Source of the DNA: a virus
Taxonomy: Duplodnaviria; Caudoviricetes
Length of the DNA: 54,866 bases
Reading direction: 5' to 3' (one strand)
Virus record (IMG/VR): IMGVR_UViG_3300013093_000004
Location: 1 to 54,866 of that record
Shown: piece by piece, positions 37,288 to 45,246 of the stretch
Layout of the letters: the number at the start of each line of letters is the position of its first letter
Position numbering within the stretch: the first letter of the stretch is position 1
Notes under the pieces: model-generated
Told to the model about the DNA's origin: nothing
Databases searched by the model: none
The model's input: the letters and a program-made list of their open reading frames with translations, nothing else
Made by a program: the position numbers and the translations under genes

Positions 37288-38607
37288 TTATGCGCGCAAG
37301 ACTGTTACATTGGCGTCCTTTTGCGTGAGTTTTGCGTGAAGTGCCGGGCCGGCGGCCTTGGTCAGGTCGGCGACGATATCGTTGATGCCGTCGCGCACCG
37401 TGGCCAGATAGCCCGGATCAAAGATCGCGTAGCGGCTGCTGGTCTTGCTGATCACGCGGTGGCCCAGCGCCATTTCGAGCTGCACCAGGTCAACGCCGCG
37501 GTTGGCCAAGATCGTGGCCATGCTGTGGCGAATAAGCTTTGGGCCCCACCCGTCGGGGATGCCCAGCTGCGCGCGGGCGCTGGTCCAGCCTGACCGAATG
37601 CCATCGACCGGGGTTTGCGTAGTGATCTCAACCTTGCGCCGATCGTCATAGCGGGTCGATTCGCGGCAGACGAACCATTCATCGGTCGCGTGCAGCCAAT
37701 TGGCCAGCAGCGGCACCACGGGCACGATCGGGCGCACCTTCTTGGTCTGGATCCGGCCGGCTGGGTTCAACGCAAACAGGCCGTGATCGCGCAGCCATTG
37801 CTCGCGCGCCGGCGCCACGCTCATGTCCAGGATCGCATCAGGCCGGGCCAGCGTGCAGATCGCGGCGATCAGGTAGCGGCGCAGTGGCATCAGGATCGCG
37901 CCGTGGCCGGCGTAGCGCCCTGCCCCGCGCAAACTGTAATCCAGCAGCTCGGCAATCGATTCGACCGACAGGCGATAGGTGCGCTGCGGCGTGACCTGGT
38001 CGCGCGTCTTGTGGGCCAGCGGAGGCACGTATTTGGTGCGGCGGGCGCGCCATGCGTGATTCAGCGCGGCTTTGAGCTGGATCACGCTCTCTTCGACGGT
38101 GCTGGCGCTGCGCGGGCGCGATTGGCCGGCGATCCAGTTGCCGGCGGCGTCCTTTTTGCGCGCGACGATTGGATCAGCGATCGCCCAGGCACGAAACCGG
38201 TCCAGCAGGCGGTCATCGATATGGTCGGGCAGTAACTGGTCGGGGATGCGGCCGGCCGCTTCTTCGATGTCCAGAAACCGCACCAGCAGCTTGATGCGCG
38301 CCTTGATCGGGTCTGCACTGGGCAGATGGCGGCCGTGTTCCTGCCAATAGTCGTTCAGCGCCGCGTGGACGGTATAAACGTCCTGTTCGGCTGGGGTTGC
38401 GCGGTGCGTCGCCAGGTAATGCTGATCGAGCGCGTCGCAGGCTACGCGAACGTCTGCCGTGCGCGTGCTTTTGCGCTGTTGTCGGCCGGCGGCGGCATCA
38501 TACCACCAGATGTACCACCGATCGCTGGCGGGTCGGCCGTCGCCGCCGCGGACGAGGTCAAGCCAGAACGGGCCCCGCTGATAGACGCCACCCTTGATTG
38601 CCGACAT
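37288..38607 (-). CDS. int: Tyrosine integrase
   Basis: TLARPDAI (R), PKLIRHSMAT, LGH, SRYA (Y); N-terminal arm-binding-like RQQRKSTRT. Confidence 0.92.
   Translation of the reverse strand: MSAIKGGVYQRGPFWLDLVRGGDGRPASDRWYIWWYDAAAGRQQRKSTRTADVRVACDALDQHYLATHRATPAEQDVYTVHAALNDYWQEHGRHLPSADPIKARIKLLVRFLDIEEAAGRIPDQLLPDHIDDRLLDRFRAWAIADPIVARKKDAAGNWIAGQSRPRSASTVEESVIQLKAALNHAWRARRTKYVPPLAHKTRDQVTPQRTYRLSVESIAELLDYSLRGAGRYAGHGAILMPLRRYLIAAICTLARPDAILDMSVAPAREQWLRDHGLFALNPAGRIQTKKVRPIVPVVPLLANWLHATDEWFVCRESTRYDDRRKVEITTQTPVDGIRSGWTSARAQLGIPDGWGPKLIRHSMATILANRGVDLVQLEMALGHRVISKTSSRYAIFDPGYLATVRDGINDIVADLTKAAGPALHAKLTQKDANVTVLRA
37319..37339. promoter_or_regulatory. Putative integrase arm-type sites, right of core
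   Basis: Tandem TTTTGCGTGA x2 inside the integrase 3' end. Confidence 0.6.
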
Positions 38608-38777
38608 TGTGCCTGTTCCCTTAGCGCGACAGCTTTCGCTGATGACAGTTGTTCGATCATGCCGATTCGGGCCAGCACTTCCAGTTCATCACCGGTCAGC
38701 TTGATGCCCTTGCCGGTGACGATCGCTCGCGACAGCTTGCGATCGAGCCGGACCAAAGTGTCGGGGGATTCGGTCAT
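38442..38777 (-). CDS. Small protein overlapping integrase start (possible excisionase)
   Basis: Position and out-of-frame overlap with the int 5' end. Confidence 0.5.
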   Translation of the reverse strand: MTESPDTLVRLDRKLSRAIVTGKGIKLTGDELEVLARIGMIEQLSSAKAVALREQAQCRQSRVASISGARSGLTSSAAATADPPAIGGTSGGMMPPPADNSAKARARQTFA

Positions 38778-38998
38778 CGCGCGGCCATCCTCTTGCGCTT
38801 TGGCTGATGCTGTCGGGTAATGGAGACGGTCTTTCCGAGCATCGACGGACTGAAAATCACGCTATCGCCTTTCACGCTATAATCGACGCCCTTGGTCAGC
38901 GGTTGGCCATTGCAAGACACGGTGATCTCCGGCGACGGCTGATGGAATTCGTTCCACCATTGTGCGACAGCGCGCGCGACGATCATTCGGTGCATCAT
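38774..38998 (-). CDS. Small protein with Ig-like LTKGVDYSV motif
   Basis: ATGA overlaps on both sides. Confidence 0.55.
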   Translation of the reverse strand: MMHRMIVARAVAQWWNEFHQPSPEITVSCNGQPLTKGVDYSVKGDSVIFSPSMLGKTVSITRQHQPKRKRMAAR

Positions 38999-39567
38999 CG
39001 CGCTGCCCTCCACAAAATCGGTTGCTGATCGGCTGGGATACGGTGCGCGCCGCGCGCCAGCGGGTGTTTCGGCGCGCCAGCGGCGGTTTTGCCCCAGCAC
39101 CACAGATCGGGGTATGGCCCCTCGCCGAACTGGATTTCTTCAACCACGTGTTCGATCCAGTCTTGGTCGCGGGCGATCGCGCCCCAGCAGACAAAGACCT
39201 GGCGAGCGTGCTTGGCCTCGATGCGCAGCACGTCGAGGTTGGTGTAATAGAGTTCGTCGCGCGCGCTCCAGTTCACCCCGCCGTTGATTTCGTCAACGAT
39301 ACGATAGACGTCGTGCGGATCGGCGCTGCACCATGGGTAGAGATTGACCGCGACATAGCCTCCGAATCCATAGAGCGCGAACCAACGGTTCCACCATCGG
39401 CTGGTCGGATCATCCTTTGTGCCGTCAGCAGCGGACGGGTTGTGGCCGATGACGCACGCGATCGGACCCGGCGCCCATTTGCGATAGAGGCGCAGGCGGT
39501 TGCGACCGTGAAAATCAGCGCGGCGTTCGGTGACCGGCTGGCCAAACAGGTCAAGGGGGTCAGTCAT
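38995..39567 (-). CDS. DUF1643-family protein
   Basis: LYRKW...VIGHNPSAAD..DDPT...VNLY...WG...PKHPL. Confidence 0.88.
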   Translation of the reverse strand: MTDPLDLFGQPVTERRADFHGRNRLRLYRKWAPGPIACVIGHNPSAADGTKDDPTSRWWNRWFALYGFGGYVAVNLYPWCSADPHDVYRIVDEINGGVNWSARDELYYTNLDVLRIEAKHARQVFVCWGAIARDQDWIEHVVEEIQFGEGPYPDLWCWGKTAAGAPKHPLARGAHRIPADQQPILWRAAR

Positions 39568-39688
39568 TTTCGGCCCCCAGCGCCCCGATCAGCACCAGCG
39601 GATCACCGGGTTGCATCGGCGGGTATGGCGTCTGCCATGCTGACAGCGCGCTGATGGCGGCCAGGGCGATGAATAGCGCGCGGGTCAT
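39560..39688 (-). CDS. Small hydrophobic protein (42 aa; not in ORF track)
   Basis: MTRALFIALAAISALSAW...; fills the gap with overlapping start and stop. Confidence 0.45.
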   Translation of the reverse strand: MTRALFIALAAISALSAWQTPYPPMQPGDPLVLIGALGAEND

Positions 39689-39900
39689 GCGTCACCGCCT
39701 TTCGAGGCTGCGATAACGCCGCGAACAGAGGGCAAGATGGGTTCGCGGTTCAACGCGGTAATTGCCTGTTGGTCCAAAGGGGAGCGCGCCCAATCAAACT
39801 TCGGAAGGGCAAATTCGGCAATGTCAGCGTACCGGCTGCAAGCCTCCACCAGCCCCGCATTGACCGCCCGCAGCCGCGCGCGCTTGTCGGTGTCAATCAT
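39685..39900 (-). CDS. Hypothetical protein
   Basis: GAGG RBS; ATGA overlaps. Confidence 0.55.
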   Translation of the reverse strand: MIDTDKRARLRAVNAGLVEACSRYADIAEFALPKFDWARSPLDQQAITALNREPILPSVRGVIAASKGGDA

Positions 39901-40184
39901 GACTTCACCTCGTCGGTTTTGGCGAACACCACGCGCGCCGACCATGCGTCGGCGCCGCGCGAATGCTGGGGGAACTTGTGGCGATCGAGCGCGGCGCTGA
40001 GCGCGCGGTAACAGCCCGGCGGTCCGCCTCTGTTTGGCGCGTTGTGGCTGGCGGGATCCGGGTAGAGCTTTTCGGCCAGTTGATCGAAGCGCATCGAGCC
40101 GCCGGCGGCGACCAGCGCGGCCTGAATGCGGTCTTTGATCGGCAGCTTGCGCGCGCGATAGCTGGGGTGCCAAGCGCGGGTCAT
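39897..40184 (-). CDS. Hypothetical protein (winged-helix-like)
   Basis: Operon packing. Confidence 0.55.
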   Translation of the reverse strand: MTRAWHPSYRARKLPIKDRIQAALVAAGGSMRFDQLAEKLYPDPASHNAPNRGGPPGCYRALSAALDRHKFPQHSRGADAWSARVVFAKTDEVKS

Positions 40185-40822
40185 GCGGCATTTGCCGGAT
40201 AATCATCGGCGCGTTCAAGCCGGCGGCGACACGGCGCGATCCAGTCGAAGCGCGTCCCCTCTTCGCCCATGATCCACACCAGCCACGCATAGGCCGTCGC
40301 GGTCGATCCTTCGGGCGCCAACCGGCCCTTGTGCATCACGACGCGTTCGGTGAATTGCAGCACATGGGTCGGGGGGTTCTTGGCAAACAGCCGCTCGTAA
40401 CGCCCCTGCCCTTCCAAAAACGCTGCGCGCACGATCATGGCGACGCCGCACTCGCTGGTAAGGAACGCGCGCTCGATGAACTGCTCGGCCAGCTTGAACG
40501 GCGGATTGGTGATGGTCCAATCGACAGGCCGGGGCGGCGGCCCAAACAGATAATCTTGGACCAAGTAGCCCGCGCCATAATCATGCACGTCGCTGGCGAT
40601 CACGCACCCGAAATACTCGGCCAGCGGCTTGACCATGTGGCCGCGATTCGCTGCCGGTTCGCGCGCGGTCATGTCGTTCCAATCTTCCGGCTCGACGCAC
40701 CAGTTTGCGCGCAGCCATTCGCACAACGCGCGGGTGGCCCAAGGCGGCGTAGGAAAATCGTCCAAGCTGTCGTGCGGCTCGACGCGGCGCTGCATGACGG
40801 CGGTGCTACGGTTCTGGGTCAT
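40181..40822 (-). CDS. Small N6-adenine (amino) DNA methyltransferase
   Basis: DDFPTPPWAT, EPAANRGHM (motif I-like), ITNPPF (motif IV). Confidence 0.85.
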   Translation of the reverse strand: MTQNRSTAVMQRRVEPHDSLDDFPTPPWATRALCEWLRANWCVEPEDWNDMTAREPAANRGHMVKPLAEYFGCVIASDVHDYGAGYLVQDYLFGPPPRPVDWTITNPPFKLAEQFIERAFLTSECGVAMIVRAAFLEGQGRYERLFAKNPPTHVLQFTERVVMHKGRLAPEGSTATAYAWLVWIMGEEGTRFDWIAPCRRRLERADDYPANAA

Positions 40823-42006
40823 GATCCGACCAACTCCCTGAAAAGGATCGGCTGGGTCGATCCATCGCCATAGACCGTATCGAGCCACAGATCGGCGCGC
40901 GGTTCATCACCATCCCAGCGGTCCGGGAAAGTGCCGGCGGCGATCAGTTCGCGAATGCGGGCCTCTTCTTCGGGGTTGATCAGGTCGACTTGCGCGCGCG
41001 CTTGAATATCGAGAATGCGCTCCAATGCCTCGCTGCGCGCTTCAAGCGTCAATGGCCCCATGCGCTGGGGGTTTTTGCCGATGCTGCCATCCTTCAGCCG
41101 CTCCACGCCGCGCTTGCGCAGGCGCTGCTTCGGCTGGCGCATCCAGCGATAGATCGGCTTCAATTCCAAAAGCGGCGCCAGATGCGCCCAGGCCGGCATC
41201 GCGATGATGTTTTCCAGCGCGGTGTCGCGTTGCGCGAGCGGGCAGCCGATGCAGCCGGTGCGCGCGTTGATCTCAGTCGCATCGTCGCCGCCATAGGCAT
41301 CGGCAAGGATTTGCGTCGGCCACCCGCCGAATTCTGGCATCGGCGCGTAGACCTTCAGCCAATCCCAGATCCAGCACACCCGCCAATGCAGCAGCGGCGC
41401 GAGTGTGGCGATCCGGCCCTTGACGCCCTTCGCTTCGGGCAAGATTTGCTGATACCAACCCTGGCCGCACTCGGCGCCGTCTTTTGAGCATGACATGGCG
41501 ATGCGGCCGTCGCGGATCGCGCTTTCGCCTTGGCGCACACCGGTGAGCATCAGCGCGGTGCCGGGCAAAGCGGCCATGGCGTCGATAAGCGCGCTGGCCA
41601 TCGGCTCGACTTTGATCTGGCGGGTGCACCAACGCAGCGTGTTGTTGTTCGGCGGCGGCACACCACGGCCCAAGATGTAGACCATGAACCGCTTGTCGAG
41701 CGGCGCGCGCACGATGTGCAGCCGGATCCAGTTGATGCCGCGCAGCATGGCCATGATCTGTTCGGCGCTGCGCTGGATCGGCGGCAATTCCTGCCGCGTG
41801 TCGGCATAGAAGACGTGCAACACCTCCGGCTGGGGCAACAAGCCGGCCTGAATCAGATGAACCACGATCGTCAGCAGCGCGGTGCTGTCTTTGCCGCCGG
41901 ACCAGGCCAAAGCATAGTGCTGGTGGTTGCCCCAATAGGCGCGAAGTGACTGCAATGTCAGTTCGACGCCTTCGGCATGCACTGCCTGAATGCTGATATC
42001 GCTCAT
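40819..42006 (-). CDS. PAPS-reductase-family protein, DndC-like
   Basis: WSGGKDS PP-loop, DTRQE, LGRGVPPP..RWCTRQIKVEP, GVRQGES, RTGCIGC, GPLTLEAR. Confidence 0.88.
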   Translation of the reverse strand: MSDISIQAVHAEGVELTLQSLRAYWGNHQHYALAWSGGKDSTALLTIVVHLIQAGLLPQPEVLHVFYADTRQELPPIQRSAEQIMAMLRGINWIRLHIVRAPLDKRFMVYILGRGVPPPNNNTLRWCTRQIKVEPMASALIDAMAALPGTALMLTGVRQGESAIRDGRIAMSCSKDGAECGQGWYQQILPEAKGVKGRIATLAPLLHWRVCWIWDWLKVYAPMPEFGGWPTQILADAYGGDDATEINARTGCIGCPLAQRDTALENIIAMPAWAHLAPLLELKPIYRWMRQPKQRLRKRGVERLKDGSIGKNPQRMGPLTLEARSEALERILDIQARAQVDLINPEEEARIRELIAAGTFPDRWDGDEPRADLWLDTVYGDGSTQPILFRELVGS

Positions 42007-42254
42007 GCCAGCCCTGCCCGGCGCAGCCAGTCGGCCAGCTTCGCCTCGACCTGCGCGCGCGCGTCTTCGACGGTCTTTGCGGTGCGCCAAATGGCGGTGT
42101 GGTGATCCAAATCGAAAAACCAAGCCGGCTGGGATTTGTGGCCGCCACGTTCCAATACGCGGCCGACCGGAACCTCGCCCAGATAGAGCAATTCGAGGCT
42201 GCACCACGGGCGCCAGGCAATGTTCGCCGGCAGGGTGACTGGGCGGGCGGTCAC
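42003..42254 (-). CDS. Hypothetical protein
   Basis: GTG start overlapping upstream stop. Confidence 0.55.
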   Translation of the reverse strand: MTARPVTLPANIAWRPWCSLELLYLGEVPVGRVLERGGHKSQPAWFFDLDHHTAIWRTAKTVEDARAQVEAKLADWLRRAGLA

Positions 42255-42493
42255 GCCAGCACCCGCGCGATGTGGTTGGCGTACACCCCGACCGCTTTCC
42301 AATAGAGGGCCATGGGCGCCTTATGGGTGGCCCAACACTTGGCCGCGCGGCCCCTCGCATCGTCCCTGATCGCCAACAGGACGGCACGCACCCGTTGGCG
42401 TTCGGCTGGGGTCAGTTCGACCAATGCAAGTTTGGCCGCCTGCAAGCCGAGGATGGGGTTGCGCACCTCGCGGCGCGCCGAACGGTCGCTCAT
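42251..42493 (-). CDS. Hypothetical phage protein
   Basis: VRNPILGL...HKAPMALYWK. Confidence 0.65.
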   Translation of the reverse strand: MSDRSARREVRNPILGLQAAKLALVELTPAERQRVRAVLLAIRDDARGRAAKCWATHKAPMALYWKAVGVYANHIARVLA

Positions 42494-43140
42494 CTCCGCT
42501 GCGCCTCCTTCATCGCCTGTTCGACCTGAGCGATGGCCAGCACGGTCGGTTTCAGTTCGGCTGGGGCATCGTCATAGGCAATGCGCCGGCGCCAGCGGCC
42601 GCCGTTGAGCCGGGGCAGCAGGTTGCGCGGGATCAGAATCCAGTTTGACGGGTCGGTATTGAGCGGGTTGCTGTCCAGGCATTTGAGCGCGTGGCCCTCG
42701 GGCAATGGCCCGTTGACCGCTTCCCAATTGATCAAGTGCACCGCGCGCCAACGCTTGTGGAACGGCATGTCATCGTTGATCTTGCGTTCGAGATAGCCGT
42801 CGATGATGCGTTCGGACCCGATCGGTTTGTAATTGCGCGATGCCTTGCCGCTGCGCTGGCCCTTGCGAAACTGCGTGGCACGGGCATTGGGGTGTTTCCC
42901 GCCGCGACCCTCTTCGCATTTCACGCCCTTGTTGTGCGGCAGCTGACCGCGCGCGAATTGACCGGTGCGGCCGGTGCGCCAACCTTTGCGCTTGCGCAGG
43001 GCGTGGAGGTGGCCCGCAGTGACATCGGCGCGATCAAACCGGGCGACGAACGCCGCGTGATAGTCGGCGATCGGCATGGTGTGGTGTTCGAACAACCAGG
43101 CCATCTGCTGTTCGGTGTAGATGATCGCGCGGCCCTTCAT
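42490..43140 (-). CDS. HNH_3-type endonuclease-like protein, possibly degenerate
   Basis: GQF.RG/QFRKG repeats, KPIGSERI..GY, WEAVNGPLPEG..LDSNPLN..PSNW. Confidence 0.8.
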   Translation of the reverse strand: MKGRAIIYTEQQMAWLFEHHTMPIADYHAAFVARFDRADVTAGHLHALRKRKGWRTGRTGQFARGQLPHNKGVKCEEGRGGKHPNARATQFRKGQRSGKASRNYKPIGSERIIDGYLERKINDDMPFHKRWRAVHLINWEAVNGPLPEGHALKCLDSNPLNTDPSNWILIPRNLLPRLNGGRWRRRIAYDDAPAELKPTVLAIAQVEQAMKEAQRR

Positions 43141-43424
43141 GCCGGCACCCGCTTGCGTGCAGCGGTCAGCCAGTTGCCGATCGCCTGGCCGATGCCTTGG
43201 GTCGATGATGCGCTGATGCCGGCCAAGACAAATCGGCTGGCATCAGACTTGGTGTTGAACCGCGCGCCGAATTGCGTGAACAGCCTAGCACACAGCAGCC
43301 TCATTTGGGCATCATAGCGGCGGTGATAGGCCATCGGGTCATCGCCCAATGTGCCGGCACACCGGCGCGCGTCGGCGTACTGGGCTTCAACCTGGCGAAT
43401 GATATCGGCCAGCGGCTGGTTCAT
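43137..43424 (-). CDS. Hypothetical protein
   Basis: ATGA overlaps. Confidence 0.55.
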   Translation of the reverse strand: MNQPLADIIRQVEAQYADARRCAGTLGDDPMAYHRRYDAQMRLLCARLFTQFGARFNTKSDASRFVLAGISASSTQGIGQAIGNWLTAARKRVPA

Positions 43425-43696
43425 TGGTCGCCGCCCCCGATCAAGCGCGGCTGGGCCGGCGCGGCGATCGGCGCGATCTGCGCGACCATGCCCTTGAACC
43501 GATCGCCATGCTGCGCCAGCACGGTGACTGCCTCCAGCTGCACTTGCGAGCTGTGGATGATCTGTTCGGCGATCTGCACCACCGCCTTGGCGCGCTGGCA
43601 CTCGGCCTCGATATCCTCGGGCGTCTTGCAATCCTCTGACAGGCGATCGAGCTGCGCGAACAGGTGGTTGTTCAAATCGTTGAGCGTGCTGGTCAT
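43421..43696 (-). CDS. Conserved phage protein
   Basis: TLNDLNNHLFAQLDRL...ECQRAKAV. Confidence 0.75.
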   Translation of the reverse strand: MTSTLNDLNNHLFAQLDRLSEDCKTPEDIEAECQRAKAVVQIAEQIIHSSQVQLEAVTVLAQHGDRFKGMVAQIAPIAAPAQPRLIGGGDQ

Positions 43697-43754
43697 GACT
43701 GATCCTCGATCGGCTGAAATGGGAAAGCGCCCTGCCCGGCCCGATGCGCGCCGG

Positions 43755-43919
43755 TCATTCCACCACCTCGAAATTCCGGGTGCGGTAATTGGTGCGAGCG
43801 ACTTCGGCCTCGATCTGGGCGAGCGTCATCACCTCGGTCTTGACCGTGCGACCGCCGCCGGGGGTGACCACGAAGAATTCAACGCGGTAACGGGTGTTGG
43901 GGTTTGCGCGGCGGGTCAT
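43755..43919 (-). CDS. Hypothetical protein
   Basis: ATGA overlap with ACP-like gene. Confidence 0.5.
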   Translation of the reverse strand: MTRRANPNTRYRVEFFVVTPGGGRTVKTEVMTLAQIEAEVARTNYRTRNFEVVE

Positions 43920-44146
43920 GCTGTGGTGGTTTCCATGGTGGCGATCACGTCGGCGATGGTGCGCCATTGTTCGAGCGTGGTGTCGCTGATGCGGATATCG
44001 AGCTGGTCTTCCAGCTCCATGGCGATGCATTGACGGTCCAGGCCATCGAGGCCCAGATCATCGATCAAAGTGGCCGCTTCGAACGGCTGGTCGCAGATGG
44101 TGACGTCCGCGATGACCGCGCGCAGGGTTTCCAGCGGATCAGGCAT
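43916..44146 (-). CDS. Acyl-carrier-protein-like protein (Gly in place of the attachment Ser)
   Basis: 76 aa, acidic; LIDDLGLDGLDRQCIAMELEDQLDIRISD...TIADVI. Confidence 0.8.
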   Translation of the reverse strand: MPDPLETLRAVIADVTICDQPFEAATLIDDLGLDGLDRQCIAMELEDQLDIRISDTTLEQWRTIADVIATMETTTA

Positions 44147-44630
44147 CGGCGTTCACGAACATCGCGTCGCCGAACAATTCGATCCATTGCGGCTGGTCGA
44201 CCGGGTTCAGATCGCCGTTGACGATCAACGCGATGGTCGCCGCGATCCGGGCCAGCGCATCATCGTCGCCAGTCGCAACGATCTGGGCGCCAAACACCCG
44301 TGCATAATAGTGATCGACCGGCATGATGTGGCCCTGGACGATCGAGCCGCGCGGCGCGCGCGGATCCATGGCCATCACCCACAACTCGTGCGTGGCGCCG
44401 GGCACCTTGATTTCGACCAAGTCATGCTGGTGGGCCGGGCGCAGGTGCAGCAACGCGACATGGCAACTGTGCACCGCGTGATGGGCGCCCGGCGCCGACA
44501 CGATCCAATCGCCGATCACCGCGTCGTGCTGCGGTTTGATGCGGTGGCGCGCCAGCGCCGCGGCGCGGTTGCAAGCCCATGCGGCACCGTGCGTGCCAGC
44601 GTGGTCGGCTGGGGGCATGTTATCGAGCAT
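44139..44630 (-). CDS. Hypothetical protein
   Basis: Operon packing. Confidence 0.6.
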   Translation of the reverse strand: MLDNMPPADHAGTHGAAWACNRAAALARHRIKPQHDAVIGDWIVSAPGAHHAVHSCHVALLHLRPAHQHDLVEIKVPGATHELWVMAMDPRAPRGSIVQGHIMPVDHYYARVFGAQIVATGDDDALARIAATIALIVNGDLNPVDQPQWIELFGDAMFVNADA

Positions 44631-45246
44631 CGAGCACGCTCCTGACTTGGTGATAGAATTCGATGAACCGCCGGGCCGCTTCGTCGGCTGGCCACGGATC
44701 GATGACGAAATCGAATGGTTCGATGCCGCTGATCGCCCGCCACTTGTCGAAATTGGCGTGAGGCATCAGATCGCGCTTTTCGGTCGCCAGCATCCGCAGG
44801 TCATAGCGTTTGACCAGGGCATGGTGATTGTGCCCCACTTCAAAGCGCGCATCGATGGCGTGCGCGCTCCGCTTGATCAGCGCGCGCAGTTCGGCTGGCA
44901 AAAGCGATTTGGCTGGGCTGGGAAAATCGCCCCACACCACCTCGTCGCTTTCATGCATCAGGCCCTGATAGATCGCCGGCCACGAATGACCTTCGCGCGC
45001 CATCTGCCGCGCCAGCAACACGCAATGCTGCGCCACGAAATAGAGCATGCGCCGGCCCGGCACGCGGTTGGGACCGACAGCTTCGCGCGTCTGGCCGGAA
45101 AAGCGCGGACGCAGCAAACCCCAGGCATAATCCTCGATCGTCATCGCCGCTGCATCGGGGGTGACGAAATCGAAATAGGCGCCATCGCCCAGCATGATCG
45201 TCGGGCCGCTGATCCGGCGTGCGGCTGGTGCGGCCTGATCAGGCAT
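44620..45246 (-). CDS. HD-domain phosphohydrolase (YfbR/YfdR-like)
   Basis: RFSGQT, YFVAQHCV, LMHESDE..WGD..SPAK, DLRMLATEKRDL. Confidence 0.8.
   Translation of the reverse strand: MPDQAAPAARRISGPTIMLGDGAYFDFVTPDAAAMTIEDYAWGLLRPRFSGQTREAVGPNRVPGRRMLYFVAQHCVLLARQMAREGHSWPAIYQGLMHESDEVVWGDFPSPAKSLLPAELRALIKRSAHAIDARFEVGHNHHALVKRYDLRMLATEKRDLMPHANFDKWRAISGIEPFDFVIDPWPADEAARRFIEFYHQVRSVLDAR

Noticed and set aside
476-42006. Complete Dnd/Ssp phosphorothioation operon
   Set aside because: Only DndC-like and DGQHR-motif genes are seen, in separate operons; no cysteine desulfurase, SMC-like DndD or DndE
42490-43140. Intron- or intein-associated homing endonuclease
   Set aside because: Free-standing ORF coupled to intact neighbours; no interrupted gene or intron structure seen
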